A DNA stretch of 60,000 bases from Camelus dromedarius (lineage: Eukaryota). This document shows, in pieces, positions 12,720-25,699 of this stretch; within the stretch, counting starts at the first letter, position 1, and the number at the start of each line of letters is the position of its first letter. Both the position numbers and the translations under genes were made by a program. The stretch spans positions 93,064,001 to 93,124,000 of the forward strand of contig NC_087436.1 in the NCBI RefSeq assembly GCF_036321535.1, in the 5' to 3' direction. Below the pieces are notes generated by a model. That model saw nothing but the letters and a program-made list of their open reading frames with translations, was not told the origin of the DNA and searched no databases.

Positions 12720-12935
12720 AGTCATCTAAAAACACTAATTGGTACCATCTCTGCTAGGCCCAGAGGAAACAGTGGTGAGCCAGACGGACGCAGTCCCTGC
12801 CCTTATGGAGGTAACAGTTCATTACAGGAGAGGATAATTAGTTCAGGAGTGAGTGATAAGGACCGCTGGTAAGGACCTGTAACAAAGGTGGCTGGACTCA
12901 GTGGGGTGAGCAGGGCAGCCTCTCAGAGGGAGTGA
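12720..12935. mobile_element. L2 3'-end remnant
   Basis: acagtggtgagccagacggacgcagtccctgcccttatggag. Confidence 0.6.
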
Positions 12936-13196
12936 TACTCATTCTATGAATTAACTGTTTTATAAGACACGTTGCACAAATCTGTTTTGCTTCCTCTAAC
13001 CCGACATCCCGGAGGGGATGCGTGATCGGAGAGTTTCACCCGGAAGGATGACTCCACGCACACTTCTGTGCACAGCCTACCGTGGGGGCACCTCCCCGGC
13101 AAAGCCGCCAGGACGTCCAGAAGGTATCACTCAGCCCAGAATGAGGCCAAACACATCACGACGTTGGGCGTAGGGAGAAGAGTGATGAACACGTAC

Positions 13197-13305
13197 CCTA
13201 AAGCACTGGATGTGGAAGTAGAGACTGAGGGTCTCGATGATCATTGCAGCCCCCTTACCCAGCGGAAGCCCACACGAGGAGCACAGCTTCTTGCCACTGA
13301 TAGAC
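13197..13305 (-). CDS. LIMCH1: LIMCH1 exon, LIM domain first half [11 protein letters not shown]...HIQCFR (109 nt)
   Basis: cctag acceptor, gtacgt donor; CxxC...HxxC zinc ligands. Confidence 0.97.
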
Positions 13306-13532
13306 CTAGGGTGCAAAACACAGGGAACAGCGAAGGCTTCTGTTTAGAATCCTTGGTCAAACACAAAATATGCTGCCTCATGAAAAAAAAAATGAAAACA
13401 TGGGTTTTTAAAACATTGACATCATTAATGAAATGACAATTACTGAACTGATAATGAACAAGAATTAAGCATTAGATAGAAGATGCAGACAATTGATAGA
13501 TTACATACAACAGGCCTCCACTGTGGCATGGA

Positions 13533-13534
<2 letters not shown>

Positions 13535-13564
<30 letters not shown>
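13535..13564. repeat. (TG)15 microsatellite
   Basis: Read directly. Confidence 0.98.
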
Positions 13565-13567
<3 letters not shown>

Positions 13568-14505
13568 GTTATTATAAAAAGTTTGTGTTGGAGTCCATTA
13601 ACCACAGCGATCAAATGCCTTGAAATGATCCAATGTATTATCGTAAGTTTTCTGAAGTCCTAAAAGACAATCAAGTTTAGCTCTACTAAGGTTTCAGTGT
13701 TGCCTTAACTCTTCCCATCATTGGTTCAATGGCCCAGCCCACTAAGGCCTTTCTCTTCACTTATTAAAAAATACTTTGCTGTTCTTTAAAAATAAAGAGG
13801 GAACTGTGATTCAGCCCACCAGGTACCAGGCAGGTATGGGATCAAATCCCTGCTCTGATACCGAGTTCTGTGACTCGGTGTGTCCTCTGGGGCAGCTGCC
13901 CCACAACTGAGATCGCACTGCAGTGATGCTGACTGCCTGGGAAACTCCTGGAATTACACAAGAAATTTTAAAATACGCAGTATCATTCAGAAGCTAACAG
14001 GAAACAGACAGAAGAAACAGGAAGGAAGACAGGAGGAAACAGGAGGAGGTGCCCTTAGCAAACCCTCTGTATTAGGATTTCCCTCTGACCCAGTAGTGAA
14101 AGGAAATTTCTAAATCGAAGAAAACCTGAGTACTCAGTAATTTCTCTCTCCAGTGACTGGGAGCTTAGGCAGCTTTTAAGACTATCATGGGGCCCAATTA
14201 ACATCCAGAAGCAATCATTAGAGAGCTTGAGTAGAGTGAGAGAGGGGGCGAAGTTTCGTTCCTCAGCCCCCGCCCACTTCACTGTAAGAGCCATCAGCGG
14301 ATCCTGCCTAGAAGGACCGAGCCGTCTTGGAGGGAAAGGCGCCGACAGAGGAGCCCAGCACTTGTCTGGCGGATTTCATTATTAGATTGCAGGTTCCACA
14401 CAATGTAATTAAAGCCGATGGCCACAGCCGTGCCAGCGTTACACACTTGGCTCTTCCGATCGTGGGCTGATACAATCTTCAGGCGGATGGGGATGTATTC
14501 TTTCC

Positions 14506-14506
<1 letters not shown>

Positions 14507-14548
<42 letters not shown>
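14507..14548. repeat. (TG)21 microsatellite
   Basis: Read directly. Confidence 0.98.
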
Positions 14549-14550
<2 letters not shown>

Positions 14551-14670
14551 GAGACACAGGTGGACAAATCCCTCACGATCACCCAGCAGGAACTAATTCG
14601 GCTGTGACTGTGCTCGGCAGGCTCTAGTCAAAACAAAGCAGCCTCAGAAAGTCTTGCTGACCCCTTGTAC

Positions 14671-14748
14671 CTGTTTGGTGACTGGCCAGGAGGGGTAGGT
14701 GAGCAGGGGGACAAGTGCCCAGCCTGGAAATTCTCGCGAGGGCTTTTC
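14671..14748 (-). CDS. LIMCH1: LIMCH1 cassette exon [25 protein letters not shown](R) (78 nt)
   Basis: tgcag acceptor, gtacaa donor; symmetric phase 2/2. Confidence 0.92.
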
Positions 14749-15789
14749 CTGCAACACGGTAGAGGAGCCAAACATCATGACAAGGAAAGAGAAGCCCAAT
14801 GCCACAAGAAAAGACATTTCAGATAAGACAAAAAAAGGAATCACCTCCATGACAACCAAATAAAGGACACACAAAGGACACACAAAAGTTAATTCCATCT
14901 AGCAAAGGTTATACAGACTAATGTCAAAACCAGCCTGGCATTATTGAACAGAAAAAACAGAATAGTTTCCTACTTTTTATTTCTGCCAGGTTCTTTGCTA
15001 GTTAAAATTGCACGTGGAGTCAGATATAAAAATTATGGACTGGGTGGGAGGGGAGAGATGAGTAGGGATGTAGGGAAAAGCTCTTAAAGAGAGCCCAGAA
15101 ATAAAGGGAAGTGCTTAAGGGGGTGTTTTTTAGTGGGGTGGCCTCCTCCCCTGCTCAGAAATTAATCACGGGTACACGTGATCAGGGGTGATGTTCAAAA
15201 CATTTAATAACTGCTGCGTTATAGGCGTCTACAAAGCAGAATGGTCCCCAGCCAGGAGCTCCTAAAATGGTTTACACATGAGCCCTGCCTATGATTAAGC
15301 TGTCAGTTCTGGGCTCTTGCTTTGAAAAGTTAATTTCAGTTGTAAAGAAAGGGATAGAACACAGAAAAGAATGAGGAAAAGAGAAATGCCACATCATTGT
15401 GAACAGAGCATGAGGCCATCTGTCCTGTAACTGCTTTCAGAATAACTCCCCGAGCCCCTCCCCTCCCCAGCCACCCTCAGACAGAGCTTTTCTTCTCCAA
15501 ACATAGCTTCCCAGGGATGTCCTGAAGTGTAAGGACCACCGCCTCAACAGAGGTTGAAAACCACCATGATAATCAATGACAGTGATGATTCCTTCTACGT
15601 GATTTTACCTTTTATTAATTCTGCATGTCATCTAGACACATAGAAATGAAATTGGATAGACAGAGGAAAAGGGGGAAATGGTTCAAAACTGTATTGAGAA
15701 AAACATGTAACAAGAAAAGTAAGATAAAAAGATTAAGTTATAAAGCAAGTTATCATCATCATCACCATCACCGAGTTTATCAACACCAC

Positions 15790-15970
15790 CACCTACACTA
15801 TGTAGTATTTAATACCTGCCAGGCACAAAACCCTACGAGGTGGGTACTGCCAGTGTTCTCATTTTATACATGAGGAAACTGAGGCAGAGAAAGATAAAGT
15901 ATCTTGCTCAAAGTTCTATGCAGGCAAGTGGCAGAATCCAAATTTGAATCCTGGTGGTCTGGCTCCAGGT
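15790..15970 (-). mobile_element. MIR SINE
   Basis: cattttatacatgaggaaactgaggcagaga, the reverse MIR core. Confidence 0.85.
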
Positions 15971-16059
15971 AGCATGATTGGATAAAGTATAATGAACGTT
16001 ATATTTTAAAAACTGATTACAAGGGCCCTCTGGCTGAAATATGATTTTACTGTGGAACT

Positions 16060-16255
16060 GTGGGCTCACTCTGACTCCCTCTACCACTTAACCAGTCAAG
16101 TACTTTGGCTAAGTCATTTAATTTCCTTGAGACTCAATGTCCTCATCTGTAAAATGGGAATAATAACCCAATAAAGTTATTGGGAGAGTTCAGTGAGTTA
16201 ATATATAAAAAGAAGAGGAGAGAAATATATGTAAACTTTTCAACGTAGTGCCTAT
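16060..16255 (+). mobile_element. MIR SINE
   Basis: ctcaatgtcctcatctgtaaaatgggaataataa MIR core. Confidence 0.85.
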
Positions 16256-16723
16256 TAATATCGGTATACTTTGAAAATGATGGGAATTACTACTATTGTG
16301 AAAAAATACAATTCTTACAAAATTAGAATGGAACCTGGGGTAAGTTACTTAAGGGGAAAAAATGGTAATGAGGTGAACACATTTTTTTTCCTTGAAAGAA
16401 CATTTATCAATAGGCTCTGAGACAATTTAACTCACTTAAATAAGTTGCTCATGCAGCAGACCTGCAAAATCTTTCCAGTGCTTAGATTTGTGGGTTAAAA
16501 ATCTTTCTTCGCCTCTTTTCAGTTGCTAAATTCAGAGTAAATATTTACTTGCCAGGAAGATTGTCCCAAACTTCCACAAATATTTATTCCCTTGTCAATG
16601 ACAGGCAATGGAGTGACAAGCACAGAAATGCTAACATCTTGCCATCTCACACTTTTTCATTTTTCCCCCTTAGTCAATTAAAAGAAAAAAGAAATTCCAC
16701 ATCCATCTTATTTGGTTACTCAC

Positions 16724-16847
16724 TTTCGTCTTTCACTTGGAGACTCAATCTGATGGTTAATGGTCTTATCCAACGAGAGGGTTTTGGGCTTCACATCTTC
16801 TAAAATGTGCGTTGGTGGGTTTGATACCTGCTGATTCTGGGATGGAT
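16724..16847 (-). CDS. LIMCH1: LIMCH1 exon [12 protein letters not shown]...IESPSERR(K) (124 nt)
   Basis: cttag acceptor, gtgagt donor. Confidence 0.95.
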
Positions 16848-17099
16848 CTAAGGCCAAGTAAAGAGCATACACTTAGTGCTCAGTAAAGGCATCACCTAGT
16901 GCTTAGTAATCACCTCGCTTTTAAGTGCTAATGCCTCCTGAGGTCCCACAGTGATTTCATGGAGCCTCTGGACACATGGTGGTGGAATTTTGTTCACTGT
17001 GCTGTTTAGCACAAGCTGGAAGAGAAGCCTGCAGCCTGAGAGGCCATATCTGTCTGGACGATGTGGGGGTGGGGGTTGGCTGGTCTTCTCCATTCTCAC

Positions 17100-17221
17100 C
17101 CTGAGCTAGCTGTGGGTTCATCCCACAGGGTGGGGACCCAGTGTCCGTATCCAGTGGATGGTCCTGATGGGTTCCTTTTGAAACAGGGTTCTCAGAATGA
17201 GTCAAGACTCCTTGAGTTAGG
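17100..17221 (-). CDS. LIMCH1: LIMCH1 exon LTQGVLTHSENP...NPQLAQ (122 nt)
   Basis: aacag acceptor, gtgaga donor. Confidence 0.94.
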
Positions 17222-17811
17222 CTGTTAAAATAAATAAATATATTTCAGAACAGGGATAAAAGCAACTGAACTAAACTTGCTGATCTTATCCCTCAGGACA
17301 TGGAAGTACCTATTACAATATGAAAAAAGAAATGGGGCTAACTAAATATTTATTTTTATTTTAAATTAGATTTAACTTGGATTTAAAATACTGTAAAATG
17401 CTACTCATTTTCATTATCTATCAATTTAACAAACTTAAGTGGGACACCACGGCCTCATCTTAATCTCCAGACACATTAACCCTTCAGACACATTAACCAT
17501 TTCCAGTGAGCAATATTTAGGTTTGGGACTCTGAATAGACAGTATACTCCTTTGATGATCTATACTGCCTCTCCTTATTTAAAAAAAGGTTTCAGCTATT
17601 TAAATATAAGGCTATTTATATTCAGTAGCATAAGGACACTGACTTCAGAGCTGTTAGAATGTGTTCAAGCAATAATATATGCATAACGTATTATTGAAAT
17701 GATCATTTCAAAGCCGAATATGATTTGCATTAGTGATGGGCATCCTTCCTGGGGTGAAGAGGTAGAGCCTGGTTTTGTGCAGGTGGACGGTCAGCCTGGT
17801 CTGGCTCATAC

Positions 17812-17939
17812 CTGCCCTTTTCCTCCAGTGGGGCACCTTCCTGAGTCTTTAGCAATGAGTCACTGTTGTCCCCCTGGAATGGTTTCTTCTGTCTTATCTC
17901 TTGCTCTTCTTCTCGACAGTTTTCCAAGTCCACCTTATT
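17812..17939 (-). CDS. LIMCH1: LIMCH1 exon [11 protein letters not shown]...PLEEKG(S) (128 nt)
   Basis: attag acceptor, gtatga donor. Confidence 0.94.
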
Positions 17940-19340
17940 CTAATGCGGAAAACAAAGATAATCTTGAATATAATTTTTAAACACACTGACAATACATGTA
18001 TCTGGCCATGGGATATTTGAAGCAGTTTTTCAATCATGTTGCCTACAATTTAAAGACAGTCATCCAAATTAATTGAATAGCAACTGATTTCCAACAATTT
18101 GAAATGAACATGTCACCTGGGTCTCTCTCAAAAGTTACCATAAAAGGGAATTGGCTAGAAAGCCCATCTTTCAAAATAAAACAAAGTCATATTGTTTCGA
18201 ACTTGTTCATTTCGGGACAAGTGGCTTTCTAGTGCCCAGGCAGTTCTTTTAAAATACAGACTATGGAGTGTAACCTTTAAAAATTGTATAAAAATAATGT
18301 TTAAAAAACCTTTAATTTAAACTTTAAATAAAAAATACACTTCAAATTTTGGCTTTTAAAAGTGGCTGGTGGATACTGAAAAGCTGTTGGACAGTGTAGA
18401 ATTCCTTTGATTATAATATATAAACAACTTATTTTAAAATCTAGGAAATGTTTCATATTTTAAATATCATTATAATACATGAAAGAGATATGAAAGGTTT
18501 GACTTTGTGATAATCTGTGTATACAAGAGCAAATATAAGCAATAATCTGGATTTTCTGAGTAACTAGGTAATACCGAATTTAGTTGATTGCTTTTGTGCA
18601 ATCTTAATTTGCATTAAGTTAAAAGTAGATAATTAAAAAAATTGTAGTGTATTACAGCATACCCTAATTGACTATATAAATAAGAAATATGACATACACA
18701 AGTGATATTATACATATGTTTATTACAAATGAATTTATTCTGTTTTTGTACCATCAAAAAATAAAACGCAGATTATGAACGACCCAGGTCTTGGTATGAC
18801 TTCTGCCCACCTACCTCCATGACCTTCCCTGGGGGACACGGAGGCAGATCAGATTTTCTGGACCCTCTCCAGCCCTTAAAGACACATACATATATATTTC
18901 ACATAGAATTTTAAGAGTGATTTAGAAGCAACTTTCATGGAGGCTGGTGGAGAGCATACTATTGGCATCCTGCTGCTAGCATCCAGTGCAAAGAGAGAAA
19001 GACATGTCTGTTGACTGAATGAATGCTAGGCCGTGAGGAGGACATTCCAGCACACGGTGTCACTAACCAGGGTTTGCCAGCCAGCACAGAGACTTTGGTT
19101 ACCAGCCTGGGGGGGGCAGATCTGGCCTCCGCAACGTCTTTACTGCTTCTCAGGAACTGACTTAAGGGTTTGGCTGTGGCAATGACAGTACCATGGGGTG
19201 CAATGGCCATGTAGTAGCTGACATGATTCTAGAGAAATAGCCAGTCCTGGATTTAAGCTGGTGGAAAATTTGGCCTTGTGGTTTTGTGCTTCTATGTTGG
19301 ACTATTTATTTCACAAATTGCTTTTAATCTATGGTCTCAC

Positions 19341-19445
19341 CCCTATCCCACTGCCTTCAGTCACAGAGGAGGATGTAGACAGCTGGTCTGCAGAACTTGA
19401 AGAAATAGTAAATGGAACCACAGTGTCCTCAATTATTTTTCGCTC
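19341..19445 (-). CDS. LIMCH1: LIMCH1 exon [35 protein letters not shown] (105 nt)
   Basis: cttag acceptor, gtgaga donor. Confidence 0.96.
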
Positions 19446-20295
19446 CTAAGGGGAAGGATAGGAATTAATGAAAGAGGGAAAGTGAAAAAATCATATTTAT
19501 CAAGAGAAAAATTTCATTAAGGAACTTTAGGAGAACATTGGAATTATGTGCAAATAAGCAGGGCACTTAAAAAAAGTTCTTATTTTCTAAAAGCATGTAA
19601 TCACATAATGCTCTCTACGGGCAGTGATTTAGAAATTAGCATTTAATTTAGGAAAATAAAAATTTTGCCAATTAATTACTTTGTGTGATTCAAGAAGCCT
19701 AATTAGAAATGCTATTGGGGATCAGATTATGCACAAAAAGTATTACTGAAGATAAAATTCACAACAGTATTAATCTTAAACAAACTTTAGATAATATACA
19801 TAAAGTGTAGCTCCCTTCAAATTCTTGAATTTCTAAAAAAAATGAAACAAAACCAAATCCCCCTCCCCTCCGAATCTCTTTAGTACCATGTGGTGAATGC
19901 GGTAGTAAGAGTTCATTTAGCCTCGATTATCAAAATTAGCCTTGTAAAATTAATATTAAGCCACTACTACTAAACATGTTTGCCTCAAACAAACACACGA
20001 GTAATTAAATCAAAATACTTTGATGTCATCTCTCCAAGATAAATCAAGAATCTGACTCTGTGACTAGAGAACAGATATGGTTATATTGTCTCCTTTGACA
20101 GTGACTCGATGCCCTAACCACAGACTAAATTTGGGAGAATAGTGATCTTTTAGAGCCTATAGGATAAGACCCTTTTAAAAGGTTGATGGTGTTCTGCTGT
20201 GACATTGCCACATGCACGCACATCCCACGGGAAGTGCTGATGGACTTTGAGGAAGTGGGGCTTCACGGTCAAACTCCTCCTGGGGAATTTCCTAC

Positions 20296-20388
20296 CTCCT
20301 CATAGTATCGGCGTTCTTCCTCTTCCACCTCCTTTTGGGCCTTTTCCCATTCTTCTTTCAGCTTGTCCTGCTCCTTCTGGTATCTCTC
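20296..20388 (-). CDS. LIMCH1: LIMCH1 exon [31 protein letters not shown] (93 nt; coiled coil)
   Basis: aacag acceptor, gtagga donor. Confidence 0.96.
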
Positions 20389-22261
20389 CTGTTGAGGAAT
20401 TTCCATAGATTATTCTGAGCTGACCACTGCATGCATCATCGGGACACTTCCCCCGCTGAGCCATCATGTATAATGTGTCACAAGACTATCCACTGTCTTC
20501 TTGTTGTAACGTTCTGAATCTAACCCATTCACGCAACAGAAGGGGAAGACCATTTGTGGTCCTCAAACATATTAGGGACATAAAAATCCAACAGAGAACA
20601 AGATTTTCTGCTGAGAGTGTTTCACAGGATTGTTTTTCTATGGTCAGACAGCCGCTTATGGAAAGAGAAAAGATGAAAAAGCAGAGAGATTCTAAAATCT
20701 TTCTTAAATTGGTTTTGTCCTAAGAGGTAGGTTAAACCAAGAGTTTGCTTTTACTGGGCTGTTCAGAGATGAGTTTTGCCATCCCACTAAGAGAAATACG
20801 TTGCTGCTGGGGGAGTTTATTAAAAGATTAAAAAAACAAACAAACAAAAACCTTTCATAGGTTTATAAGATAGACAATGGAGAAAGGTTCAAAGTGGACA
20901 AGATGATAATTAGCTTAGTAGTAGCTGAATTACTCTTTGCTTGCAGCCATTCTCCTAAAATGGACTCTTCCTAGCTTTATGTCCTTCTGAATTAAGAGTA
21001 GCTTTTAAACAGCCTGTTAGAAGGCTTCAAAATCAGAACTGCTATCAGTTTTCAGAAACAATACAACACTAGTCACCACTTTGGGGGGAAAAAGTAAAAT
21101 ACTCTAAGATAAGGATAGTAACGATAAGGATAGCTTTAAAAATGGGACTGGAGTCCCTGACACTGACGAGAAGAAATGCGTTCATGGAGATTAAAATGAA
21201 CGCTTCCGATGAGAACTGACACCCCTGGATGCCTTGAGAATTGCATCCCTGACACGTCAGAGACAGAGGACTCACTGGACTGTACCACACACAGTCAAAT
21301 ATTTTAGGCTGGTAACTGTCAATCCTCCCTCTGAAGCTAAGACAAGCCTGTGCTTCCATCTTCTTGGGGAAGGCACTGAGGTGTCCTCCAGGCATCACTT
21401 GTTAGGTCATTATCGTAGACGCAAAAGGGTTTTATTGGGATTGTCTAGAGCCTAATGTTCCTGTTTACCTTCTGGCAAAACCACTGTTGGTCAACAATGT
21501 TGTTATCAAAACTTGACGTAAAGTTTTAGAGAAGTTCTTCAGGAGGTTTCAGAATGTTGGAAATAGACCTTAAAACTTCACAAAAAGCCAAAAAACAAGC
21601 AAAGCTCCATAGGTTTATTGGTTCTAGAAACTCACATCACATGCTTCCTGCACCAAGTGGATGAACTGATGATGCAGGAAGTGAAAGATATGATACAACT
21701 ATCACACACACACACACACCCTTCCTTCCCCATAAACACTTGCTGTAAGCCCACAGTCCACACCTTTCAGAGTGTAACAGACAGAGAGCCACCATGGGAA
21801 ACATACTTGCCCGTCTTCTTCACTCTGGAACTTCTGACTCCTGTTGTTCACCATTTATCTGAGGAACGGGCATCTGATTTCCAGGAGAATAGCAGATGAC
21901 CAGGACTGGTCTGGGGTCTCCAAGGCCCTAAAAGTCCCAACAGCCCTGGGACTGTGCTGAATCTAGTTCTTACTAATGATTTTGTACTGAAGGTATACTC
22001 TTATGTAATTTTGAAAAGTGTCCAACTTAACGGGCAGACCTAGAGCCACACTACAATTGATTATCTAGTTGACTCCTGCTCCCCACCCTTGGGAATTAAG
22101 CCAAAAGATTAGAACAAAGAGATAAGAAAAAACAAGCAAAATAAACTTGCATTAAGCATTGCTTTCTACGCAGTGGCAGAAAGTCACAAAAATTAATGAG
22201 ATTTAACATTCTTTTCCTTTATGACTTTTTGGGTAAAATCAGTATCATTGGGAGTGGAGTG

Positions 22262-22495
22262 GGAAGAACATGCGGTTTAGAGTCATCCAGGATTGGATTT
22301 GAAACAAGGCTCAACATTTATTAGAGATGTGACCTTGCACAAATTATTTAACTTTTTTGAGCTTTAATTTCTTCAATTGCAAACTGAGACTAATAAGACA
22401 TACTTTGAAGAGTTTTGTGAGAGTTAAATTAGATCAAATATGTCAAGCACCTACAAATATGCCAGTCTGGCACATTCCAAGTACTCAGCACAGGT
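22262..22495 (+). mobile_element. MIR SINE
   Basis: tgtgaccttgcacaaattatttaac...ttgtgagagttaaat. Confidence 0.75.
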
Positions 22496-23034
22496 TAGGT
22501 TTCTAAAGTTACTAGGTTACTTTTTGAAGCTCTGTTGCTCTACAAAACTGGCATAAAACAAGTAGGAGCATGGTAAGTTTACAGCCAGCATTTTCCTAGA
22601 ATTGAAAATTAGCAGCTTTTGCTCAAAGAGGGAGTAAACGTTTCTACTTAAGGAGCAAGACCCAGACCAAATTTTATTTCACATGTAAGCTATCAAATAG
22701 CTTTCTGATGATTCTTTCCCACCCCTTGTGGACTGGAATTTGATTGGCAGCTAAGGAGGTGACAAATGGGTGGGGTGGCCCTTAATCAATACTTGGATTT
22801 TTTTCGAAGTGCAACGTTATTTTCCTTTTTTGGTCATCAGTGTAACCTCTGGTCAGAGGAATTAGATAAAGGGCATTCTTGCCTCATGGATACAAAATGA
22901 ATGGACTTAGACTCAGGACTTCCGAGAAGAAGCCGATTCCATGCATTTCCTACGACAAACATCTATTTAATACAACAGAAATTAAGAGAAAGAAAGAAAA
23001 AGAAGAAAAAACAAAGCAGCAAAGCCGGTCCTAC

Positions 23035-23118
23035 CTGGAGCAAACGTTCCTGCTCCTGTTGCCATTTCTCCTGTCGCCTGCGCTCCTCTTCCGGGTCCCA
23101 CGCCCAGAACTTAAACTG
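23035..23118 (-). CDS. LIMCH1: LIMCH1 exon (Q)[27 protein letters not shown] (84 or 81 nt; coiled coil)
   Basis: Tandem aag/cag acceptor (alternative start 23115), gtagga donor. Confidence 0.95.
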
Positions 23119-23850
23119 CTTGGAAGATAAAACCATGATCAGAATAGGGCCATGTCCCCAGCGCCACGCCAGGGCAAGGGACATGCAGAAGCAGAAGCCT
23201 CCACATAGCTAACGGCGCTCTCTGTTGGCAGAACCCACTTTAAAATCTTAGTCCCTCTTTGAGTTACTTCCAAGACGCTGGTATGATTCTGTGAACCTTT
23301 TTGGAGCTAATGAAATCATGAAGTAATTAGCCACTGGCACGGGAAGGCTTTCACTGCATTTCTTTTAGAAGTGATTTCTTAAACGTATCCACCCTCCTCA
23401 GCATGAGATACTCATTCTGCATATTGATCCTGGGTCCAAGCAAACAGGAATGCTTATTTCAGCAGAACTGCATTTTGTGAAAAGTGCTGTTTGCTGCCCT
23501 GCAGAACTAGTCTTTTTCACTGCCACTGCTTTTCCACACCAGCCTTCTCTAAAGTAGGTTATTCAATCCACCAGCATCACCAGAGATCCAGGCAAGCAGA
23601 GTCCCTGACAGGGGGGCCCACATAAGAAACATGCAAAGCCAAAGACTTTTTTTTTTTTGGTCTTTTAAAAAAAGTTTCTGTGATTTTGGGAGCCAAGAGA
23701 GTGAGCGGGAATAATGGAAGATGCATGCATGAACCAAAGGGGGAACCCAAGCGATGGAATCTGAGACTAAGAGGGTCCAGCAAATCGAATACCTTATAAA
23801 TTAAAATCAAACTTAATGCATGATCTTATTTCTTTAAAGGAGTTACTTAC

Positions 23851-23891
23851 AGGTGTAGTCACAGGTGACTTTTCACTGCTTGGAGAATCCA
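23851..23891 (-). CDS. LIMCH1: LIMCH1 exon VDSPSSEKSPVTTP (41 nt)
   Basis: tacag acceptor, gtaagt donor. Confidence 0.95.
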
Positions 23892-24582
23892 CTGTACACA
23901 GAGAAAGGGGAAAAGATCACAATGTGAGTGGCTTCTAATTGTCTTTCTTTTTGATCATCTCAGCAGAATGTGGTTGCTATGTCAGTTTCAAACCAATTTT
24001 TTTGGGTGGGAAGCCAAGGGCATTAGAAAATCAAAATAAAGCAGACCCCTGAAGCGGTTTGTACCCATCACCGAAAGTGTAGTACATCAGTTAGCACCAG
24101 GTACTAGAGGCTAGGAAGCAAAATCTATTCCTACAAGTGCTGGTTTCAGTGCGCCTTGCACTCTGGCTTGAGTGACCAGTTCCCTCACTGTCCAGCCTGG
24201 GGAAGTATCACACAGAGAGAGGCCAGGCATCATCCAGGAAGTGGAGAGAGTGACACAGTTAACAAGAGAGCCGTTACCAGTTCCTGGTAAATGCTTCTCA
24301 TCTTTTTTTTTTTTTTTTTCAAAGAAGAGGACTATAAAGAAAGAGGTGAATATTATTATTTCTTTGGATTTTCAAAGTCAAAGTAAAATTCTGTGAATTT
24401 GCTTCCCAGTTTTAGTGTAACTGGTATGGATAACAAAGAACTAGGTCTTTGCTAACTGTGTGCCAGAAATAAGCATGTTCCCCACCTGGAATCAGAAATG
24501 AAGAAAAGTACCACATATCATTGGTTGCCCGCAACATGGATTTTTGCACAAAAGAAATACAGCTACTCAGTATGCATTTTAC

Positions 24583-24657
24583 CTGACTGCGAGAAAAACT
24601 GGGAACGTCGCCAAGAGTTCTGAACTCTCAGCGGAACGCTGGCAGTGCCAGGTGACT
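24583..24657 (-). CDS. LIMCH1: LIMCH1 cassette exon ESPGTASVPLRVQNSWRRSQFFSQS (75 nt)
   Basis: tctag acceptor, CAG|gtaaaa donor; symmetric phase 1/1, open frame. Confidence 0.85.
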
Positions 24658-25586
24658 CTAGATCAGATGGCAGGACAGAATAAACAGAAAACCATGAAAA
24701 CAGGGGGTGAGGCTTCCCAAGCACTAACGGAGGACCGGCTCTCGTTCATACAAGAACTGAGAGTAAGAAAATCTAAAGTCTAAAATATCTCAATAAAACA
24801 CAACACAACCTGAACAAGTGGACAAAAGTCAATAGAGACAGGTCAGCTTATGCTACTGTTTGTCTTCTTTGGTGCTGGCTGGGATTTTAGTGGCTCATAC
24901 TTAGTGGTATGATATTGTTAAAATGCTGCATCTCGAAATGATCAGATGATGTGCTGTGAAAGGGCAAAATGCACAGTTTACATTGCTTTTCGAGAACCCT
25001 GGAAAAGTATAAAATACAGCAGAGATGAGTTCGATTATTCTTTGTACACTTTATAATGGTTATTATGGAAGTCTGGCAGAACTTATGCATGTGTGTAACA
25101 GAAGGATGTCCACGTGTCCGTCCGTGATCGGTGGCATCAACCACACAGGAGCTCACGGCGAGCATTTGCATCCTTAAACTCTGTGCTAGTCTGTCATCAT
25201 TCTTGATGAAAATAAAGACATCAGTCTTTTTCAAATGTGCACATACCTTCCTGAAACACCAACTGGTGATATCTTTCTACTGCTGGGAGATAGTTGAGAA
25301 AAGGAAATTTGTCATTTTTAAATGTATTTTACAAATGTTTTCAGTCTTTAAGAACTATATATGCACGTGTGTACATTTAAGGGAAACCGGGGAACATCAC
25401 CAGGGTGCCCCACAGGGCTTCAGCAGCTGGTATGGTCAGTCTAGAAACGGACAATCTTGTGGAGATGGTAGTGGTATCACCCTCTTGGGGGGAGAACATC
25501 TGATGTGGCCCAGGCCTCTCTATCCTGATCCTGTAACTTCTTTGGACTTGATGTGTGGCCCCAGACTCGTTACTTAAATGTGCACT

Positions 25587-25699
25587 AAGAATATGAGAAC
25601 AAATACACGTATGTTCATGTATGACTGAAGCACTGTGCTGTGCACCAGAAATTGACACAACATGGTAAACAAACTATACTTCAATTAAAAGACTATATA
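25587..25699 (+). mobile_element. Lineage-specific L1 3'-end fragment with probable TSD
   Basis: gtatgttcatgtatgactgaagcactgtgctgtgcaccagaaattgacacaaca; flanked by TAAATGTGCA direct repeats. Confidence 0.85.

Noticed and set aside
15750..15800. Poly-His stretch in ORF 15625..15873
   Set aside because: A (CAT/CAC)n simple repeat at a MIR tail, antisense to the gene.
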